Assembly: GCF_013315735.1 (NCBI RefSeq)
Contig: NZ_CP054368.1
Strand: one strand, 5' to 3'
Origin: Escherichia coli
Lineage (GTDB): Bacteria > Pseudomonadota > Gammaproteobacteria > Enterobacterales > Enterobacteriaceae
DNA: 32,000 nt
In this document: positions 30,044-32,000 of the stretch, piece by piece
Position numbering within the stretch: the first letter of the stretch is position 1
Layout: every line of letters starts with the position of its first letter
The notes under the pieces: model-generated
Told to the model about the DNA's origin: nothing
Databases searched by the model: none
Seen by the model: the letters and a program-made list of their open reading frames with translations, nothing else
Position numbers and translations under genes: made by a program

Positions 30044-30541
30044 CTATAAAATGATACGCTCCCCGGCACTAAAATCCGTTACGTCCTCCGCCCAATCGAT
30101 GGGATATAACCCTCGCGCGACATCGCGATGAAACGTTGAGAATGGCCAATCACTCACTTGCTTTACCCAACCATGTTTTACTGGATTTATATAAATATAA
30201 TCAACATGATGGCGATAGTCTTGGGTATTGCGAATGGCATGCTCCCAAAAACGCGGTTGCCAGATATTTTTCAATCCACAAGCATGGGTAAATTGCTTTT
30301 TAATTTCCCGCCAGCGCGAGGAAAAATCATCATCGCCTTCAGGTAATGTCCATATGCAATGCATATGCTCCGGCAAAACTACCCAAGCGTTAATTTCAAA
30401 AGGTCTGTCTCGCTTAACTTTAATAATAGCGTTACGGAGCGTCTGAAACTGGGTGGTCAAAAGTTGGTTTCGACGATTCTGTAAATTTACCGTGAAAAAC
30501 CAGGTTCCCCCCTTGATGTAATAACGACGATATTCAGACAT
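30044..30541 (-). CDS. rayT: REP-associated tyrosine transposase (RAYT)
   Basis: 165 aa, MSEYRRYYIKGGTWFFTVNLQNRRNQLL...WVVLPEHMHCIWTLPEGDDDFSSRWREIKK; flanked by REP elements. Confidence 0.95.
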   Translation of the reverse strand: MSEYRRYYIKGGTWFFTVNLQNRRNQLLTTQFQTLRNAIIKVKRDRPFEINAWVVLPEHMHCIWTLPEGDDDFSSRWREIKKQFTHACGLKNIWQPRFWEHAIRNTQDYRHHVDYIYINPVKHGWVKQVSDWPFSTFHRDVARGLYPIDWAEDVTDFSAGERIIL

Positions 30542-30635
30542 AACGACTCCTTTTTCTCAACGGTAAGAAGAAAAGGAAAAGTCGGCAATGATGTTGTGTT
30601 AAATCGGGAAAGCGGCTCGCAAAAAATGCACAGAT

Positions 30636-30720
30636 TTGTAGGCATGATAAGACGCGTAGCGTCGCATCAGACACCGGTACACAACCGCCGGATGCGGCGT
30701 GAACGCCTTATCCGGCCTAC
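30636..30720. repeat. REP/BIME element on the other side of rayT
   Basis: TTGTAGGCATGATAAGACGCG...CGCCGGATGCGGCGTGAACGCCTTATCCGGCCTAC. Confidence 0.9.
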
Positions 30721-31475
30721 AAAATCGTCTCTTCCGTCAAAATTCGCCGCGCGCCCAAAAAATGATCCTGCCAGAAAGGTTCAGCTAACCGACTTACCCG
30801 AATGGTTTCCCCGGTGCGCGGTGACTCGATAAACTGACCGTCTCCAAGATATACGCCCATATGGTCGGCTATCTCACGGCTGTGGATATGGAAAAACAGC
30901 AAATCTCCCCGGCGCAGGTCGTTATTCGCCACAATCGTTGCCCGACGGTAGTGGTACATCTCATTGGCCGTGCGCGGGAGCTTAGCCTCAAGGATCTTGT
31001 TGTAGGCATAAAAAACCAACCCGCTACAGTCGAAACCTTTATCAGGCCGCGTGCCCCCCCAGACATAAGGCTTGCCAAGTTGCTGTTCCAGGCGGTGAAT
31101 CGCCACTTCGGTGATGTTATGCAGGTGGTTGCTGCTGAGGAAATGATTGTTTTCCGCCAGCGCCTGCCAGCGTCTGTCGTTCGCCTTGAGCGGCGCAGGA
31201 AACCATTCTGGATGCTGTTTTATCTGCTCCCGATTATGCTGGCGTAGCGCCCTTCTGCTTTTAGCATTGCCTTCCACAATATAGCTGGCCTGCTTTTTCA
31301 GATGGGTTTGGTACTGTTTTAATAAACGCGCACGGTTTTGCATCCGCTGACGGGCGGCGTAGCTAAAAGAGATATGTGATGTGGTGGCGCTGGCGAGTAA
31401 AGGGAGCAAAACGCATAACGAAAACACGCCTGGATGCAGAAATCTGCCGTGCAAGAACGAAGACATGAAGGACAT
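30717..31475 (-). CDS. yafL: NlpC/P60 family peptidoglycan endopeptidase-like protein YafL
   Basis: 252 aa, GKPYVWGGTRPDKGFDCSGLVFYAYNKILEAKLPRTANEMY. Confidence 0.93.
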   Translation of the reverse strand: MSFMSSFLHGRFLHPGVFSLCVLLPLLASATTSHISFSYAARQRMQNRARLLKQYQTHLKKQASYIVEGNAKSRRALRQHNREQIKQHPEWFPAPLKANDRRWQALAENNHFLSSNHLHNITEVAIHRLEQQLGKPYVWGGTRPDKGFDCSGLVFYAYNKILEAKLPRTANEMYHYRRATIVANNDLRRGDLLFFHIHSREIADHMGVYLGDGQFIESPRTGETIRVSRLAEPFWQDHFLGARRILTEETIL

Positions 31476-31777
31476 AAACCAGCTGAATGAAGGTGAGAAT
31501 TTTAAAAGACCGGAGGAGTAAACGGGATTATTAATTGCTTATTTGCATATTACTATTGCGGTTTCATAATCTTAGGAAATAAGAAATAAATCTACAATCC
31601 ATGCGCTTTTCGGACTCTTGAAAACTGCACCTGTGCTAAATTTGTAAACCCTGCGCCGACAGGCTTGCGTAAAACTCTTTTGGTGATAATGTGAGCCTTC
31701 CAAATCCAGACTATTCCGATTTGGGATTCATTTTGCCGTCCTGGCGTGTGTAACCGTTTTATCAAGGAATAAGCAGT

Positions 31778-32000
31778 ATGCGTAAAATCGCATTAATTCT
31801 TGCGATGTTGTTGATCCCATGCGTTTCGTTTGCCGGTTTGCTGGGCAGCAGTAGCTCGACCACTCCAGTGAGCAAAGAGTATAAGCAGCAGTTGATGGGA
31901 TCCCCTGTCTACATCCAGATCTTCAAGGAAGAACGTACGCTCGATCTCTACGTCAAAATGGGCGAGCAATATCAACTGCTCGACAGCTATAAAATCTGTA
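31778..32000 (+). CDS. yafK: YafK (L,D-transpeptidase-family), truncated by window end
   Basis: MRKIALILAMLLIPCVSFAGLLGSSSSTTPVSKEYKQQLMGSPVYIQIFKEERTLDLYVKMGEQYQLLDSYKIC... Confidence 0.9.
   Translation, partial: MRKIALILAMLLIPCVSFAGLLGSSSSTTPVSKEYKQQLMGSPVYIQIFKEERTLDLYVKMGEQYQLLDSYKIC

Overview
The window is Escherichia coli chromosome in inverted orientation relative to K-12. The right half (about 15.9-32 kb) is core genome: thrW tRNA-Thr, proA, proB, phoE, crl, frsA, gpt, pepD, prfH, an rtcB-like gene, yafP, dinB, the lafU/fhiA Flag-2 deletion scar, rayT, yafL and the start of yafK. The left half (1 to about 15.9 kb) is an integrated element at the 3' end of thrW, the site also used by P22. 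It carries a P4-type integrase, an AlpA-family regulator, an AntA-domain protein, a DUF4222-like protein, an Icd-like protein, several small orphan genes, a zinc-ribbon/Toprim/DUF927 primase-helicase, then a P22-like DNA-ejection module (gp14, gp7, gp20, gp16-like) and a convergent SieA-like membrane protein. No terminase, portal or coat gene lies between the replication and ejection modules, so the element is either a deleted prophage or an unusual satellite; its left end is outside the window. The most striking noncoding signal is a dense hairpin array (14045-14463) between int and alpA. Read on the minus strand it contains one 15-mer identical to the lambda nutR boxB, two copies of a 15-mer matching the P22 boxB as I recall it, and several rrn/lambda-like boxA sequences. 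I propose it as a multi-specificity nut-site array, either a sensor or a sponge for helper-phage N proteins. Other notable items are a P1 C4 / P4 CI-like RNA immunity cassette (11581-11803), an iteron-like array after the primase gene, a putative leader peptide before rtcB-prfH, and the absence of both the yafNO and dinJ-yafQ toxin-antitoxin modules from their K-12 positions.
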